64,000 nucleotides of DNA from an uncultured Candidatus Binatia bacterium (GCA_965200965.1 OZ241744.1:1280001-1344000); one strand, 5' to 3'. Counted from the first letter of the stretch, positions 1-9,825 are shown. Numbers and translations are program-made. Notes: generated by a model from the sequence alone, not told the origin.

Positions 1-1088
1 ACTCCCACATTGTCGAACCCGCCGAGCTGTGGCTGACCCGTATGGATAAAAAGTGGCGGGACAAAGCCCCGCGTATTGAAGCGCTGGATGAAACCGGCGA
101 CTATATCGTCATCGACGGGCTGCGCCCACGTCCACTGGCCTTTGAGGGCCCGATGGCCGATCTCAAGGCCCAAGGGCTGGATATCCCCAAACCAAAGGGC
201 TTCAAGTATGCAGAGAACCGGCCCGGCTGCTGGGACCCGGACGAGCGGCTGAAGGACCAGGACTTAGACGGCGTGTCCGGCGAGGTCGTCTACCCGGGGA
301 TCGGCCTGACCCTGGTGCGGGCCCCCGACGCCGAGTATCTGTACGCCTGCTGCCGCGCCTACAACGACTGGCTGGCCGAGTTCTGCCAGCCCCACCCCGA
401 CCGTTTGAAGGGCGTGGGCATGATCCCGTGCCGGGGACCGATTGAGTGGGCGGTCGAAGAAACCGAGCGCTGCGCCAAGCTCGGGCTGGTCAGCGTAATG
501 CTGCCGGCCTGGGTTGATGATCGCCCGTATAATCTGCCCGACTGGGAGCCGCTGTGGGCGGCCATGCAGGACATGGGGCTGATTGCCAGCATCCACATCG
601 GCGGCCGCGACCCCTTTGGCCGTGCCCACGGCCCGGGCGCGGGTGGGATTATCATCGGCATCGTCAAGTTTGAGATGAACGACACCCTGCAACACCTGAT
701 CTGGGGCGGCGCGCCGGTTCGGTTTCCCAAGCTCAAATGGGCCTTGGTGGAGAGCGGTATTGGCTGGATCGGGGCCGCCCTCGGCTTCATGGATCACTGG
801 TGGCAGGACCACAAGGGCTGGATGGACCCCCGGCTGCCCGAACCGCCCAGCACCTATTTTCATCGTCAGTTCTACGCCACTTTCGAGGATGACCGGGCCG
901 GCGTCCTGACCCGCGAACTCATGGGCGTGGAGAACATCATGTGGGGCTCGGACTATCCGCATACCGAGGGCGTATGGCCGTTCTCACGCAAACAGGTGGC
1001 CCAGAATTTCGCCTCAATTCCAGAAGCAGACACCCGCAAGATCGTCCATGACAACACGGCTAGGCTGTACGGCTTTCCGATGGACTAG
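1..1088 (+). CDS. Amidohydrolase_2 family protein, 5' end cut by the window edge
   Basis: Frame is open to the window start ([D]SHIVEP, the first metal motif). C-terminal MWGSDYPH motif. Confidence 0.9.
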   Translation, partial: SHIVEPAELWLTRMDKKWRDKAPRIEALDETGDYIVIDGLRPRPLAFEGPMADLKAQGLDIPKPKGFKYAENRPGCWDPDERLKDQDLDGVSGEVVYPGIGLTLVRAPDAEYLYACCRAYNDWLAEFCQPHPDRLKGVGMIPCRGPIEWAVEETERCAKLGLVSVMLPAWVDDRPYNLPDWEPLWAAMQDMGLIASIHIGGRDPFGRAHGPGAGGIIIGIVKFEMNDTLQHLIWGGAPVRFPKLKWALVESGIGWIGAALGFMDHWWQDHKGWMDPRLPEPPSTYFHRQFYATFEDDRAGVLTRELMGVENIMWGSDYPHTEGVWPFSRKQVAQNFASIPEADTRKIVHDNTARLYGFPMD

Positions 1089-1102
1089 GCGTCGGTCAGC
1101 CC

Positions 1103-1474
1103 ATGCGCGGTGTGTGGCAAAAATTGAGGGTATGGCTCAGCAGGTCGGCCGCATCTCCGCCCCGACTGGCCCGCACCTATACATTTCCCCTGTCGGACTT
1201 CCCCGACGGACAGGGCAGGCCACTGACTGTCGGGGGGAGGCGGCTGGCTGTTTTTCATCTGGGCGGGCGGGTGTTTGCGATTGAGAACACCTGCTCGCAC
1301 AACCGCTCACCCCTGGCCGACGGGCCGGTGTCGGGGACGCTTGTCACCTGCCGGACGCATCGGGCGCGTTTCAGCCTGGAAACCGGCCACGCTGTGCGTG
1401 GTCCGGCCCGCAGACCGCTTCGGACCTATCCGGTGACAGTCTCTGAAGGGCAGGTTGCGATTACGGTCAACTGA
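1103..1474 (+). CDS. Rieske [2Fe-2S] ferredoxin
   Basis: CSH...CRTH motif, RFSLETG. Confidence 0.85.
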   Translation: MRGVWQKLRVWLSRSAASPPRLARTYTFPLSDFPDGQGRPLTVGGRRLAVFHLGGRVFAIENTCSHNRSPLADGPVSGTLVTCRTHRARFSLETGHAVRGPARRPLRTYPVTVSEGQVAITVN

Positions 1475-1510
1475 GCGGCCGCCCACCTGAGCAGACCGAG
1501 GAAACAGGGA

Positions 1511-1960
1511 ATGCCAGCAACACAAGCGTTTTGGGAAACAAAGTCCCTGGCCGAAATGAGTCAGGCCGAGTGGGAATCGCTGTGCGACGGCTGCGGCCGC
1601 TGCTGTCTGCATAAAATTGTGGACAAGGACAGCGGCCAGACCTTTCACACCAACGTGGCCTGCCGTCTCCTTGACCCCCAGACCTGTCGCTGCTCCCACT
1701 ACGCCCAACGCCAACGCTGGGTACCGGAGTGCCGCATCCTCAGCCCGCAGACCGTCGGCCAAGCCGGCTGGCTGCCCCGCAGCTGCGCCTACCGCCGGCT
1801 GCACGAGGGGCGCGGCCTAGCCGGCTGGCATCCGCTCGTCTCGGGCGACCCGGAAACAGTCCATCGGGCAGGGATTTCGGTCCGCGGCTGTGTGGTGTCA
1901 GAAGAACTGGTCCCGCTCGACCGCCTGGACGATCATATTATTGACTGGATTATCTCCTGA
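1511..1960 (+). CDS. ycgN: YcgN/UPF0260 cysteine-cluster protein
   Basis: FWETKSL...EWESLCDGCGRCC and WLPRSCAY signatures. Confidence 0.9.
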   Translation: MPATQAFWETKSLAEMSQAEWESLCDGCGRCCLHKIVDKDSGQTFHTNVACRLLDPQTCRCSHYAQRQRWVPECRILSPQTVGQAGWLPRSCAYRRLHEGRGLAGWHPLVSGDPETVHRAGISVRGCVVSEELVPLDRLDDHIIDWIIS

Positions 1961-1966
1961 GAGTGG

Positions 1967-2254
1967 CTAGCCCCGGGCCCGCCCGGCTTCCCATTCCCAC
2001 GGCAGGGCGTATTTCTTGCTGGTGTTGCAAGCTTTACAGGCCGGAACGATATTGCCCCTGGTTGATCTTCCGCCCCGCACCAGGGGGACTAGATGGTCCA
2101 TGGTCAGTTCGGCGGGCGGAAAATGACCCTGGCAGTAGTGACAGAGACCGGACGCCCGCCTGCGCTTCCACCATTCAGAGCGGCGCAACTCACGCGCCCG
2201 GTTTTTCTCCAGCACGATATCCGAGGTGCTCACCTCAGAAAAAAATGGCTTCAC
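1967..2254 (-). CDS. Small HNH endonuclease family protein
   Basis: CHYC...TMDHLVPLVRGG...N...CKACN. Confidence 0.9.
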   Translation of the reverse strand: MKPFFSEVSTSDIVLEKNRARELRRSEWWKRRRASGLCHYCQGHFPPAELTMDHLVPLVRGGRSTRGNIVPACKACNTSKKYALPWEWEAGRARG

Positions 2255-2256
2255 TC

Positions 2257-2580
2257 TCAGTGCGAGCTTTCCGACGCTGACCCCTCCGCTTGGCCGGCCA
2301 TTCCTCTCTCGCCGCCTTCGGGCATGGTGCCCTGGTCTGCGCCGGCGGTCCCTTCAGCTTGGCCGGCCATTCCTCTCTCGCCGCCTTCGGGCATGGTACC
2401 CTGGTCTGCGCCGGCGGTCCCTTCAGCCCCGGCCTCCTGTTGCGTAGCCTCGGCCGGTTTGGCCTCGCTGCCGACCTGATGCGCGTCAGAACCTTCGTGA
2501 TGCGCAGCCCACAGGGCCGGCGACGGCGCGCTGAGCCCCAGCACAACGGCCAGAGCGGTGACAATTTTTTTCTTCTGCAT
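2257..2580 (-). CDS. Secreted low-complexity acidic protein with a 23-aa tandem repeat
   Basis: ATG at 2580 after GGAGG. Signal peptide MQKKKIVTALAVVLG...ALWA, then a Gly/Glu/Ala-rich tail. Confidence 0.7.
   Translation of the reverse strand: MQKKKIVTALAVVLGLSAPSPALWAAHHEGSDAHQVGSEAKPAEATQQEAGAEGTAGADQGTMPEGGERGMAGQAEGTAGADQGTMPEGGERGMAGQAEGSASESSH
2288..2425. repeat. 2 x 69-bp tandem repeat encoding AEGTAGADQGTMPEGGERGMAGQ
   Basis: Units 2288-2356 and 2357-2425 differ at one synonymous base. Confidence 0.95.
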
Positions 2581-2851
2581 ACCTGCTACCTCCTCCAGGT
2601 TCTTTAATACACCCACTGCCCGGTTGCAGCCTCGGGTGCTCAGGGAAGCCAGAGATAGCCGATTTCCTGACGAGTAACAAGCCCCTTTTTTCCGGGTTGG
2701 TCTGTCCCACCGGCGGGGAAAAAGCCCCGGAGGTGCTGGTAGCGGCAGCACGCCCACAGTGCGGCAAGCCGGGCCTGTCTTCTCGTACTGCTTTTGCTAT
2801 GCTGGCGCTTACCCGCTCCTGATGACCCGCAGGCGGGCCACCGGAGCAGCA

Positions 2852-3985
2852 ATGGAGCACCACGATTGTATTGTTATCGGCACTGGCGGGGTAGGCAGCG
2901 CGGCACTGTTTCACTTGGCCCGGCGCGGTGTGCGCGCCCTGGGAATTGACCGCTTTACACCCGGCCACGACCGGGGCAGTTCACACGGCCACACGCGCCT
3001 CATTCGCTTGGCCTATATGGAACACCCGGACTATGTGCCACTGCTGCGGCGGGCGTATACCCTGTGGGCCGAGCTATCCGAACAGTGTGGGCAGCAGTTG
3101 TATACCGAGACCGGCCTGCTTGAGGTCGGGCCGGCTGATGGTTTTATGGTCCCCGGGGTGCGGGCCAGCGCCCGCGCCCACCGGCTCCAGGTTGATGAAC
3201 TGAGCGCAACGGAGGCCGAACAGCGCTTCCCCGGCTTTCGGGTGCCCCCGAGCATGACCGCAGTGTTTGAGCAACGGGCCGGCTATCTGCGTGTTGAGGC
3301 GTGTGTCCTGGCCCATATCAATCACGCCCAGCGGGCTGGCGCTCGGGTGCGCAGCAACGAAATCGTCCGAGCTTGGCGGACCGACGGGCGGGGGGTGATT
3401 GTCACCACCGACCGGGCCGAGTATGCCGCCGAGCGGTGCATTATCACCGCCGGGGCGTGGGCCGGCCAGTTGTTAGGCGAGCTGGGCATCCCCTTGACTA
3501 TCCGGCGCAAGTCGCTGTTCTGGTACGAGACCGACGATCGTGTCTATGGGGAGCCGGGCTGTCCATGCTATTTTTATGAGACCCCGGAGGGCAATTTTTA
3601 CGGTTTTCCGCCCACCGACGGATTTGGCCTCAAAGTGGCCGAGCACTCGGGCGGACAGTCCGTCAGCGACCCGCTCAGCCTTGATCGGAACGTCTCTGCA
3701 CACGACCAAGACCAAGTTGAGCGCTTTCTGGCCGGCTATCTGCCGGGGGTCAGTCGGCGGTGCCAACACCATGTGGTGTGCATGTACACCATGAGCCCGG
3801 ACGAACATTTTGTGCTTGATCGGCACCCTGAGTATACGCAGGTCGCTTTTGTTGCCGGCCTCTCGGGCCACGGTTTCAAGTTTACCAGCGCGCTGGGCGA
3901 ACTCCTCAGTCAGCTGGCCCTTGACGGTCAGACCTGCTCAGCGGCCGAATTTCTAGGCTGTCAGCGTTTTTTGGCTAGGCGCTGA
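2852..3985 (+). CDS. solA: N-methyl-L-tryptophan oxidase / monomeric sarcosine oxidase family
   Basis: GTGGVG FAD motif, GSSHGHTRLIR, CMYT covalent-FAD Cys, GLSGHGFKF. Confidence 0.9.
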   Translation: MEHHDCIVIGTGGVGSAALFHLARRGVRALGIDRFTPGHDRGSSHGHTRLIRLAYMEHPDYVPLLRRAYTLWAELSEQCGQQLYTETGLLEVGPADGFMVPGVRASARAHRLQVDELSATEAEQRFPGFRVPPSMTAVFEQRAGYLRVEACVLAHINHAQRAGARVRSNEIVRAWRTDGRGVIVTTDRAEYAAERCIITAGAWAGQLLGELGIPLTIRRKSLFWYETDDRVYGEPGCPCYFYETPEGNFYGFPPTDGFGLKVAEHSGGQSVSDPLSLDRNVSAHDQDQVERFLAGYLPGVSRRCQHHVVCMYTMSPDEHFVLDRHPEYTQVAFVAGLSGHGFKFTSALGELLSQLALDGQTCSAAEFLGCQRFLARR

Positions 3986-4437
3986 CGGCGCTTGGCCAAG
4001 AGAGCGGCCAACGCGGCTTCAAGCTCGGGCTTGCCCAGGTCGGGAACACGGAGCTCAGAAAACCGCGGCGGCGGCAGACCAGCCGGTTCTCTGGGTGGTC
4101 TGGCCATGTCTTGGGGGCGACCCAGCACGAAAAAAAGGGTCTTGACCGACGGCGCGCCATACTTGGCCAGCGCCTGGTTCAAGCTGCGCACGATACGGCC
4201 TTTGAGGAACTGGAGTTCCTGGATGACGGCCGGATGAGCGACGGTCACAAACAGCTTTCCGTGCTGCACCTTGCTCGGCCAAGCCCTCGCGGCCACCGCC
4301 CTACCAACCGCTTCCTCCCAGACCTCCCACACCCGGTAGTCCTCCACCCGACCCGCAATCGGCAGGTCTGCTACCAGGCTCTTCAACACCTCGGCGGCTG
4401 AATTCCAGCCCCCTGTGGGGTAGCGGGTGTTTTTCAT
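3961..4437 (-). CDS. DUF721/DciA family protein
   Basis: WEEAVG...LFVTVAHPAVIQELQFLK pattern. Start uncertain. Confidence 0.75.
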   Translation of the reverse strand: MKNTRYPTGGWNSAAEVLKSLVADLPIAGRVEDYRVWEVWEEAVGRAVAARAWPSKVQHGKLFVTVAHPAVIQELQFLKGRIVRSLNQALAKYGAPSVKTLFFVLGRPQDMARPPREPAGLPPPRFSELRVPDLGKPELEAALAALLAKRRQRLAKKR

Positions 4438-4481
4438 ACGCGCTTGCAGTATACGCTGGAAATACAAGGAGATTCAATGAC

Positions 4482-4528
4482 ATACTACTATTAGTGTTTT
4501 TTTCTCTTGACAATACCAGATGTTGTGT
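4482..4528 (+). promoter_or_regulatory. Tandem NrdR boxes (4482-4497, 4513-4528) flanking a TTGACA -35 (4507-4512)
   Basis: ATACTACTATTAGTGT and ATACCAGATGTTGTGT match acaCwAtATaTwGtgt (the first only partly). Starts are 31 bp apart, directly upstream of an RNR gene. Confidence 0.8.
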
Positions 4529-4548
4529 ATGTTGTGTATGTTGTGTAT
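4520..4548. repeat. (ATGTTGTGT)x3 tandem repeat in the nrdJ promoter
   Basis: Three exact 9-bp copies at 4520-4546 plus AT. Confidence 0.95.
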
Positions 4549-4589
4549 AGTGAGCCCATCTCATCCCACGGAGCGGAAAAGAGGAGGAG

Positions 4590-7394
4590 GTGGCTATGGC
4601 GGAGCGAGAACCAAAGATGTGGCAGCAAGACGAGTTCTCAGGCGAGCAGGAGACGGGCGTGATGGGGGCCGAGCCCCCACGACACGCCTCCAGCGGCCTT
4701 CGCCTCAGCCGCCACTTTACCCGGGCGGGTGAGCATCCCTTATCAACGGTTGAGTGGGAGCGGCGCAGCGCTGTTATCTCAGGAGAAAACGGGGAGCGCG
4801 TGTTTGAACAGCACGAGGTTGAAGTCCCCAAAGCCTGGTCTCAATTGGCGACCAATGTCGTTGTCTCAAAATACTTTCGGGGGCCGCTCGGTACGCCCCA
4901 GCGGGAACACAGCGTGCGCCAGCTCATCGGCCGGGTCGTCAAGACCATCACCGCCTGGGGCAAAAAAGACGGCTATTTTACCGACGACAGCGCCCAGATT
5001 TTCAGCGACGAACTCAGCCATCTGTTGGTCACTCAAAAGCTGGCCTTCAACAGCCCGGTCTGGTTCAATGTCGGGGTTGAGCTGCAGCCGCAGTGTAGCG
5101 CGTGTTTTATCCTGTCGGTCAACGACCAGATGGAGTCGATCCTCGATTGGTATCGCAAAGAGGGCCTTATTTTTAAGGGTGGCTCGGGATCCGGGGTCAA
5201 CCTGTCCGGCATCCGCTCGTCCAAAGAGCGCCTGTCGAGCGGGGGGGCGGCCTCTGGGCCGGTCTCGTTTATGCGGGCGGCTGACGCGTCCGCGGGGGTC
5301 ATTAAATCGGGGGGCAAGACGCGCCGGGCGGCCAAAATGGTCGTCCTGAATGTGGACCACCCGGATATTGTCGATTTTATTCAGTGCAAGGCCGAAGAAG
5401 AGCGTAAAGCCTGGACGCTGATTGAAGCCGGCTACGACGCTTCAATTGACGGGGCGGCCTACAACTCGGTCTTCTTTCAGAACGCCAACAACTCGGTTCG
5501 GGTCAGCGATGCCTTTATGCACGCGGTGGTCGATCACCAGCCGTGGTCCACCCGGTTTGTCACCACCGGACAAGAGCACGAGACCTTTGCCGCCGAGGAA
5601 CTGTTACGCAAGATCGCCGAGGCGACCTGGCAGTGCGGCGACCCCGGTATACAGTTCGATTCCACGATCAACGCCTGGCACACCTGCCCCAACAGCGGGC
5701 GGATTAACGCCAGCAATCCGTGCTCGGAGTATATGCACCTTGACGACAGCGCGTGTAATCTGGCCTCACTCAACCTCCTGAAGTTCCTCAAGGACGACGG
5801 CGGATTTGACACCGCGGCCTTCAAACATGCGGTTGATATCAGTATGACCGCCCAAGACATCATCGTTGACAACTCCAGCTATCCCACGCCCCAGATTACG
5901 GAGAACGCCAGAGCCTTCCGCGAACTGGGCCTGGGCTATGCCAACCTGGGCGCGGTGCTGATGTCCCTGGGCCTGCCCTACGATTCCGAGGCCGGCCGGC
6001 AGTACGCCGGCGCGATTACGGCCCTGATGACCGGCCAAGCCTACCTCCAGTCGGCCCGCATCGCCCAACAGCTCGGCCCGTTTGCCGGCTATGCGAGCAA
6101 CCGTGAGCCCATGCTGGCGGTGATTGACAAACATCGCTCGGCCGCCCATCAGCTTGACCCGTCTCTGGTACCGCTGGAACTGTTATCCGAGGCGCGCAGA
6201 GCCTGGGATGAGGCCCTGGCCCTCGGCCAGCGTATCGGCTACCGCAACTCGCAAGCGACAGTATTGGCCCCAACCGGGACCATCGCCTTTATGATGGACT
6301 GCGATACCACCGGAGTTGAGCCGGACATCGCTCTGATCAAGTATAAACGCTTGGTCGGCGGTGGGCTGCTGAAACTGGTCAATACCACGGTTCCCCACGC
6401 GCTGGCGCGACTCGGCTACGCCAGCCGGGAGGTCCAGGCCATTGTTGAATACATTGATGAGCAGGAGACGATTGAGGGCGCTCCGGGATTGCGCGATGAA
6501 CACTTGGCGGTGTTTGACTGCGCCTTCAAACCGCTCCGGGGGAGCCGGACGATCCACCACCTGGGGCATTTGCGGATGATGGGAGCGGTCCAGCCCTTTC
6601 TGTCGGGCGCTATCTCCAAAACGGTCAATCTGTCCAACGATGCCACGGTTGAGGATATTGTTGACACCTATATGGAAGCTTGGTGCCTGGGGCTCAAGGC
6701 GGTCGCTATCTATCGTGACGGGTGTAAGCGGGTCCAACCGCTGGGGACGCATGCCGCGGACACACCGCCGCCCGCGGAATTCAAACAGGAACGGCGACGC
6801 CTGCCTATGGACCGCGCGGCCATCTGTCATAAGTTTGAGGTGGCCGGCCACGAGGGCTATATCCATGTCGGCTTTTATGAGGACAGGGCACCCGGAGAAA
6901 TCTTTATCCGCATGGCCAAGGAAGGCAGCACCATATCGGGCCTCATGGACTCAATCGCGACCCTGACTTCTGTGGCCTTGCAATACGGCGTACCGCTGGA
7001 AACTTTGGTGAACAAGTTTGGCCATGTCCGCTTTGAGCCGTCCGGGTTTACCAAGAACCCGGATATCCCCTACGCAAAATCGCTGATCGACTATATCTTC
7101 CGCTTTCTGGGCACCCGCTTTTTGTCAAGCGATCTGAAACAGGAAATCGGCTTGGCCGAAACGATGGACGCGGTGCAGCCGGCAGACCAGACCGCGGGCA
7201 GCGCCGCTGTCGAGCCGATGGCTGACCGCCCAGTCCTCGCCGAGGAGGCCAAGGTCTCACGCGCCTTCCCGCAGATCGTCCCTTGGCAATCGCAGGCGGA
7301 CGCGCCGAGCTGTGCCGAGTGTGGCTCAATCATGATTCGGAACGGGTCGTGCTACAAGTGTCTCAACTGTGGCTCAACGAGCGGCTGTTCGTAA
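4590..7394 (+). CDS. nrdJ: Class II (B12-dependent) ribonucleotide reductase
   Basis: FNSPVWFN, PQCSACFI, GGKTRRAAKM, NPCSEY, APTGTI, TSCPD-like domain, C-terminal CxxC/CxxC. The ATG at 4596 is an alternative start. Confidence 0.95.
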   Translation: MAMAEREPKMWQQDEFSGEQETGVMGAEPPRHASSGLRLSRHFTRAGEHPLSTVEWERRSAVISGENGERVFEQHEVEVPKAWSQLATNVVVSKYFRGPLGTPQREHSVRQLIGRVVKTITAWGKKDGYFTDDSAQIFSDELSHLLVTQKLAFNSPVWFNVGVELQPQCSACFILSVNDQMESILDWYRKEGLIFKGGSGSGVNLSGIRSSKERLSSGGAASGPVSFMRAADASAGVIKSGGKTRRAAKMVVLNVDHPDIVDFIQCKAEEERKAWTLIEAGYDASIDGAAYNSVFFQNANNSVRVSDAFMHAVVDHQPWSTRFVTTGQEHETFAAEELLRKIAEATWQCGDPGIQFDSTINAWHTCPNSGRINASNPCSEYMHLDDSACNLASLNLLKFLKDDGGFDTAAFKHAVDISMTAQDIIVDNSSYPTPQITENARAFRELGLGYANLGAVLMSLGLPYDSEAGRQYAGAITALMTGQAYLQSARIAQQLGPFAGYASNREPMLAVIDKHRSAAHQLDPSLVPLELLSEARRAWDEALALGQRIGYRNSQATVLAPTGTIAFMMDCDTTGVEPDIALIKYKRLVGGGLLKLVNTTVPHALARLGYASREVQAIVEYIDEQETIEGAPGLRDEHLAVFDCAFKPLRGSRTIHHLGHLRMMGAVQPFLSGAISKTVNLSNDATVEDIVDTYMEAWCLGLKAVAIYRDGCKRVQPLGTHAADTPPPAEFKQERRRLPMDRAAICHKFEVAGHEGYIHVGFYEDRAPGEIFIRMAKEGSTISGLMDSIATLTSVALQYGVPLETLVNKFGHVRFEPSGFTKNPDIPYAKSLIDYIFRFLGTRFLSSDLKQEIGLAETMDAVQPADQTAGSAAVEPMADRPVLAEEAKVSRAFPQIVPWQSQADAPSCAECGSIMIRNGSCYKCLNCGSTSGCS

Positions 7395-7431
7395 GCAACA
7401 ACAGTCGAAGGTGTTGAAGGGAGGATTGTAT

Positions 7432-8154
7432 ATGCCGATATTCGAACGTGGTGATATCAAGCTGTACTATGAAGAGCACGGGGCGGGTTTTCCGGTTTTG
7501 CTCATTGCCCCGGGCGGCATGCGTTCCGCGGTGTCCTTCTGGGATCAGGCCGCCTGGAATCCTATTTCACAGCTCGCCCCCCACTATCGCGTCATCGCTA
7601 TGGATCAGCGCAACGCCGGTCAATCCACCGCCCCGATCAGGGCAGGCGACAGTTGGCACGTCTATACCGAGGATCAGCTCGCCCTGCTCAACCACCTCGG
7701 TGTCGGTCGCTTTCACGTCGCCGGCATGTGTATCGGCGGCCCGTACTGCATGGGCCTCATCGAGGCCGCCCCGCAACGGGTAAGCTCGGCGATTTTATTT
7801 CAGCCAATCGGTCTGTCGGACAACCGTCAGGCATTTTATGACATGTTTGACGGCTGGGCTGAGACCCTCAAGCCGGACCACCCGGAGGTGAGTGCCGAGG
7901 TCTGGGAGACATTCAAAACGTCAATGTATGGTGGGGATTTTCTGTTTAACGTGTCAAAAGAGTTTGTCGCCCGGTGCTCAACGCCTCTCCTGGTCCTGCT
8001 CGGCAACGACCTCTACCATCCAGCCGAAACCTCGCGCGAGATCGCCCGGCTGGCCCAAAACGCCACCCTTATTGAACACTGGAAAGATCCCCCAGATCAG
8101 CCGGCGGCCAAACAGGCGCTAGCAGACTTTCTGGCCCACCACACGCCACGCTAG
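7432..8154 (+). CDS. Alpha/beta hydrolase with Cys nucleophile (GMCIG)
   Basis: DQRNAGQS and G-x-C-x-G. GGAGG RBS before ATG 7432. Confidence 0.85.
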   Translation: MPIFERGDIKLYYEEHGAGFPVLLIAPGGMRSAVSFWDQAAWNPISQLAPHYRVIAMDQRNAGQSTAPIRAGDSWHVYTEDQLALLNHLGVGRFHVAGMCIGGPYCMGLIEAAPQRVSSAILFQPIGLSDNRQAFYDMFDGWAETLKPDHPEVSAEVWETFKTSMYGGDFLFNVSKEFVARCSTPLLVLLGNDLYHPAETSREIARLAQNATLIEHWKDPPDQPAAKQALADFLAHHTPR

Positions 8155-8167
8155 AGAGGAGCATACG

Positions 8168-8629
8168 ATGAGCGAGGCCAACGTTTCCCGACTTCCGCGA
8201 TGGATTGCCGACCACCTGCAACGCTATCTTGAAACCGACGGGACCAACGGCCATATGTGGGACTCCACCCCAGTCGGCGGCCCAGGGCTCCTCCCCACCC
8301 TCCTGTTGACAACCCGCGGCCGTCGCTCGGGCAAGCCCATCACCATGCCGCTGATCTATGGTGAGGCGAACGGCAACTATATCATTGTCGCATCAAAGGG
8401 TGGCGCACGACAGCATCCCGGCTGGTATCTGAACTTGGCTGCCAACCCCCGGGTTGAGGTGCAGATCCTTGACAGACACTTTCAGGCCACCGCCCGCACT
8501 GCTGCCGGGCCAGAGCGGGCCAGCCTGTGGCAACAGATGCGCGAGATATATCCTCCCTACGATGAATACCAGGCAAAAACAGATCGGCAGATTCCGGTGG
8601 TGGTCGTTGAGCCGCTTGGCGAGGGCTAA
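8168..8629 (+). CDS. Deazaflavin (F420H2)-dependent nitroreductase family (Ddn-like)
   Basis: LLLTTRGRRSG, VASKGG..HPGWYLNL, YDEYQAKTDRQIPVV. Confidence 0.9.
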   Translation: MSEANVSRLPRWIADHLQRYLETDGTNGHMWDSTPVGGPGLLPTLLLTTRGRRSGKPITMPLIYGEANGNYIIVASKGGARQHPGWYLNLAANPRVEVQILDRHFQATARTAAGPERASLWQQMREIYPPYDEYQAKTDRQIPVVVVEPLGEG

Positions 8630-8650
8630 GCCACGGTCGGCAGGCTCGGC

Positions 8651-9196
8651 TCAGCCGACCTGCTGTTGGAGCACATAGAGGCCGTCGAGCTCGCGGTAAC
8701 GTTCTCCATAATCGGTGCCATAGCCAACCAGGAAGCCCCGGGGAAGCACAAACCCAATATGATCAACGCCAATTTGGCGCTGGGTCCGGTCTTCTTTTTT
8801 GACCAGCACGCACACCGTCAGCGATCGCGGCCCAGCCTGTCTCAGCCAGGGTATCACGGAGTCAAGCGTCAAGCCGGTGTCCAGAACGGTATCGACCAGG
8901 ATGACATCCTGGTCACGCAGGTCCTGCTCGGGGTCGTGCAACAACCGCACCCGGCCTGAGGAGTTGGTCGTCGGGCCATAGCTGGCGGTCCGGATGAAAT
9001 CAACCCGGACCGGGATATCCATTGCCCGGACAAGGTCGGCCACAAACATGAACGCGCCCTTGAGAATACCGACCACGAGCGGCTCGCGGCCGGCAAAGGT
9101 TTGAGACAGCTGCCGGGCCATGACCCGCACCCGGCCAGCGATCTGGTCCGGGGTGTAGACCAGGGCGAGAGAGGCGGGCAGGCGGGTCTGCATCAT
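8651..9196 (-). CDS. hpt: Hypoxanthine phosphoribosyltransferase
   Basis: GILKGAFMF, SYG, LVDTVLDTGLT, FLVGYGTDY..RYREL. Confidence 0.9.
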   Translation of the reverse strand: MMQTRLPASLALVYTPDQIAGRVRVMARQLSQTFAGREPLVVGILKGAFMFVADLVRAMDIPVRVDFIRTASYGPTTNSSGRVRLLHDPEQDLRDQDVILVDTVLDTGLTLDSVIPWLRQAGPRSLTVCVLVKKEDRTQRQIGVDHIGFVLPRGFLVGYGTDYGERYRELDGLYVLQQQVG

Positions 9197-9264
9197 AGCT
9201 TGTCTCTATCCGCACCGGCTCAGGCTATCCGGCCGGGATCACGAACCCCGACAAACTGGGCCGG

Positions 9265-9453
9265 TCAGTTGCTCCGGGTCAGGGCCATCTGCTCCGGGTA
9301 CATATACGAGATGGCATAGATCACACGCGGGCCAGGGGACTTCCGCATCGCGATCTGTTTGGGCCTCACCTGTGGCGTGATATGCAAAATAAAACCGTTG
9401 CGGGCGGTGAGCAGCCGGGATGGTTTTGGCGTCTGGGGCAGCTTGTCTTCCAT
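9265..9453 (-). CDS. Possible small hypothetical protein (62 aa)
   Basis: ATG 4 nt after the upstream stop, filling the gap before hpt. No homology recognised. Confidence 0.35.
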   Translation of the reverse strand: MEDKLPQTPKPSRLLTARNGFILHITPQVRPKQIAMRKSPGPRVIYAISYMYPEQMALTRSN

Positions 9454-9457
9454 GTCT

Positions 9458-9676
9458 CTAATGCCCCACCTCTTTCTCAAAGGGATCCTCCGCTTCCTCA
9501 GCCTGATCGAGCAGATAGCTCAGTTCGCGGCAGGCTTCATTGACGTGATGGGCAACGGCCAGCAGCGAGCCGTAGGCCTCTTCGTCTGGCTCATACTGTT
9601 TGAGATGCTCGTTGACCATACGCAGGAGGTCGCGCATCTGCTCTTCTGCACTCCAAAGATGCTCGCACGAAGCCAC
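9458..9676 (-). CDS. Small acidic helical hypothetical protein (72 aa)
   Basis: AAGGAGG RBS, GTG start, natural amphipathic composition. Confidence 0.65.
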   Translation of the reverse strand: MASCEHLWSAEEQMRDLLRMVNEHLKQYEPDEEAYGSLLAVAHHVNEACRELSYLLDQAEEAEDPFEKEVGH

Positions 9677-9825
9677 GGCGTCCTCCTTTCAATATTACAG
9701 CGCAGGCATTCTAGCGGACAATCAGCGACCCGCCTAGAGCGGGCCACGGGCACGCCCTGGATTGCAGGCCGCGGCCAAGCTGGATATGCAGACAGAAACA
9801 CCTGCAAGCAAGATGGGAGGACACC

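Noticed and set aside
1967-2254. HNH as a mobile homing element
   Set aside because: Short stand-alone HNH with host-like composition and no intron or mobile context.
2288-2425. CRISPR-like repeat
   Set aside because: Adjacent in-frame coding repeats with no spacers and no cas genes.
4440-4590. Cobalamin riboswitch before nrdJ
   Set aside because: The leader is too short and no B12 box was seen. NrdR boxes explain the region.
4590-7394. Intein in NrdJ
   Set aside because: Length and motif spacing are normal, with no splice-junction motifs.
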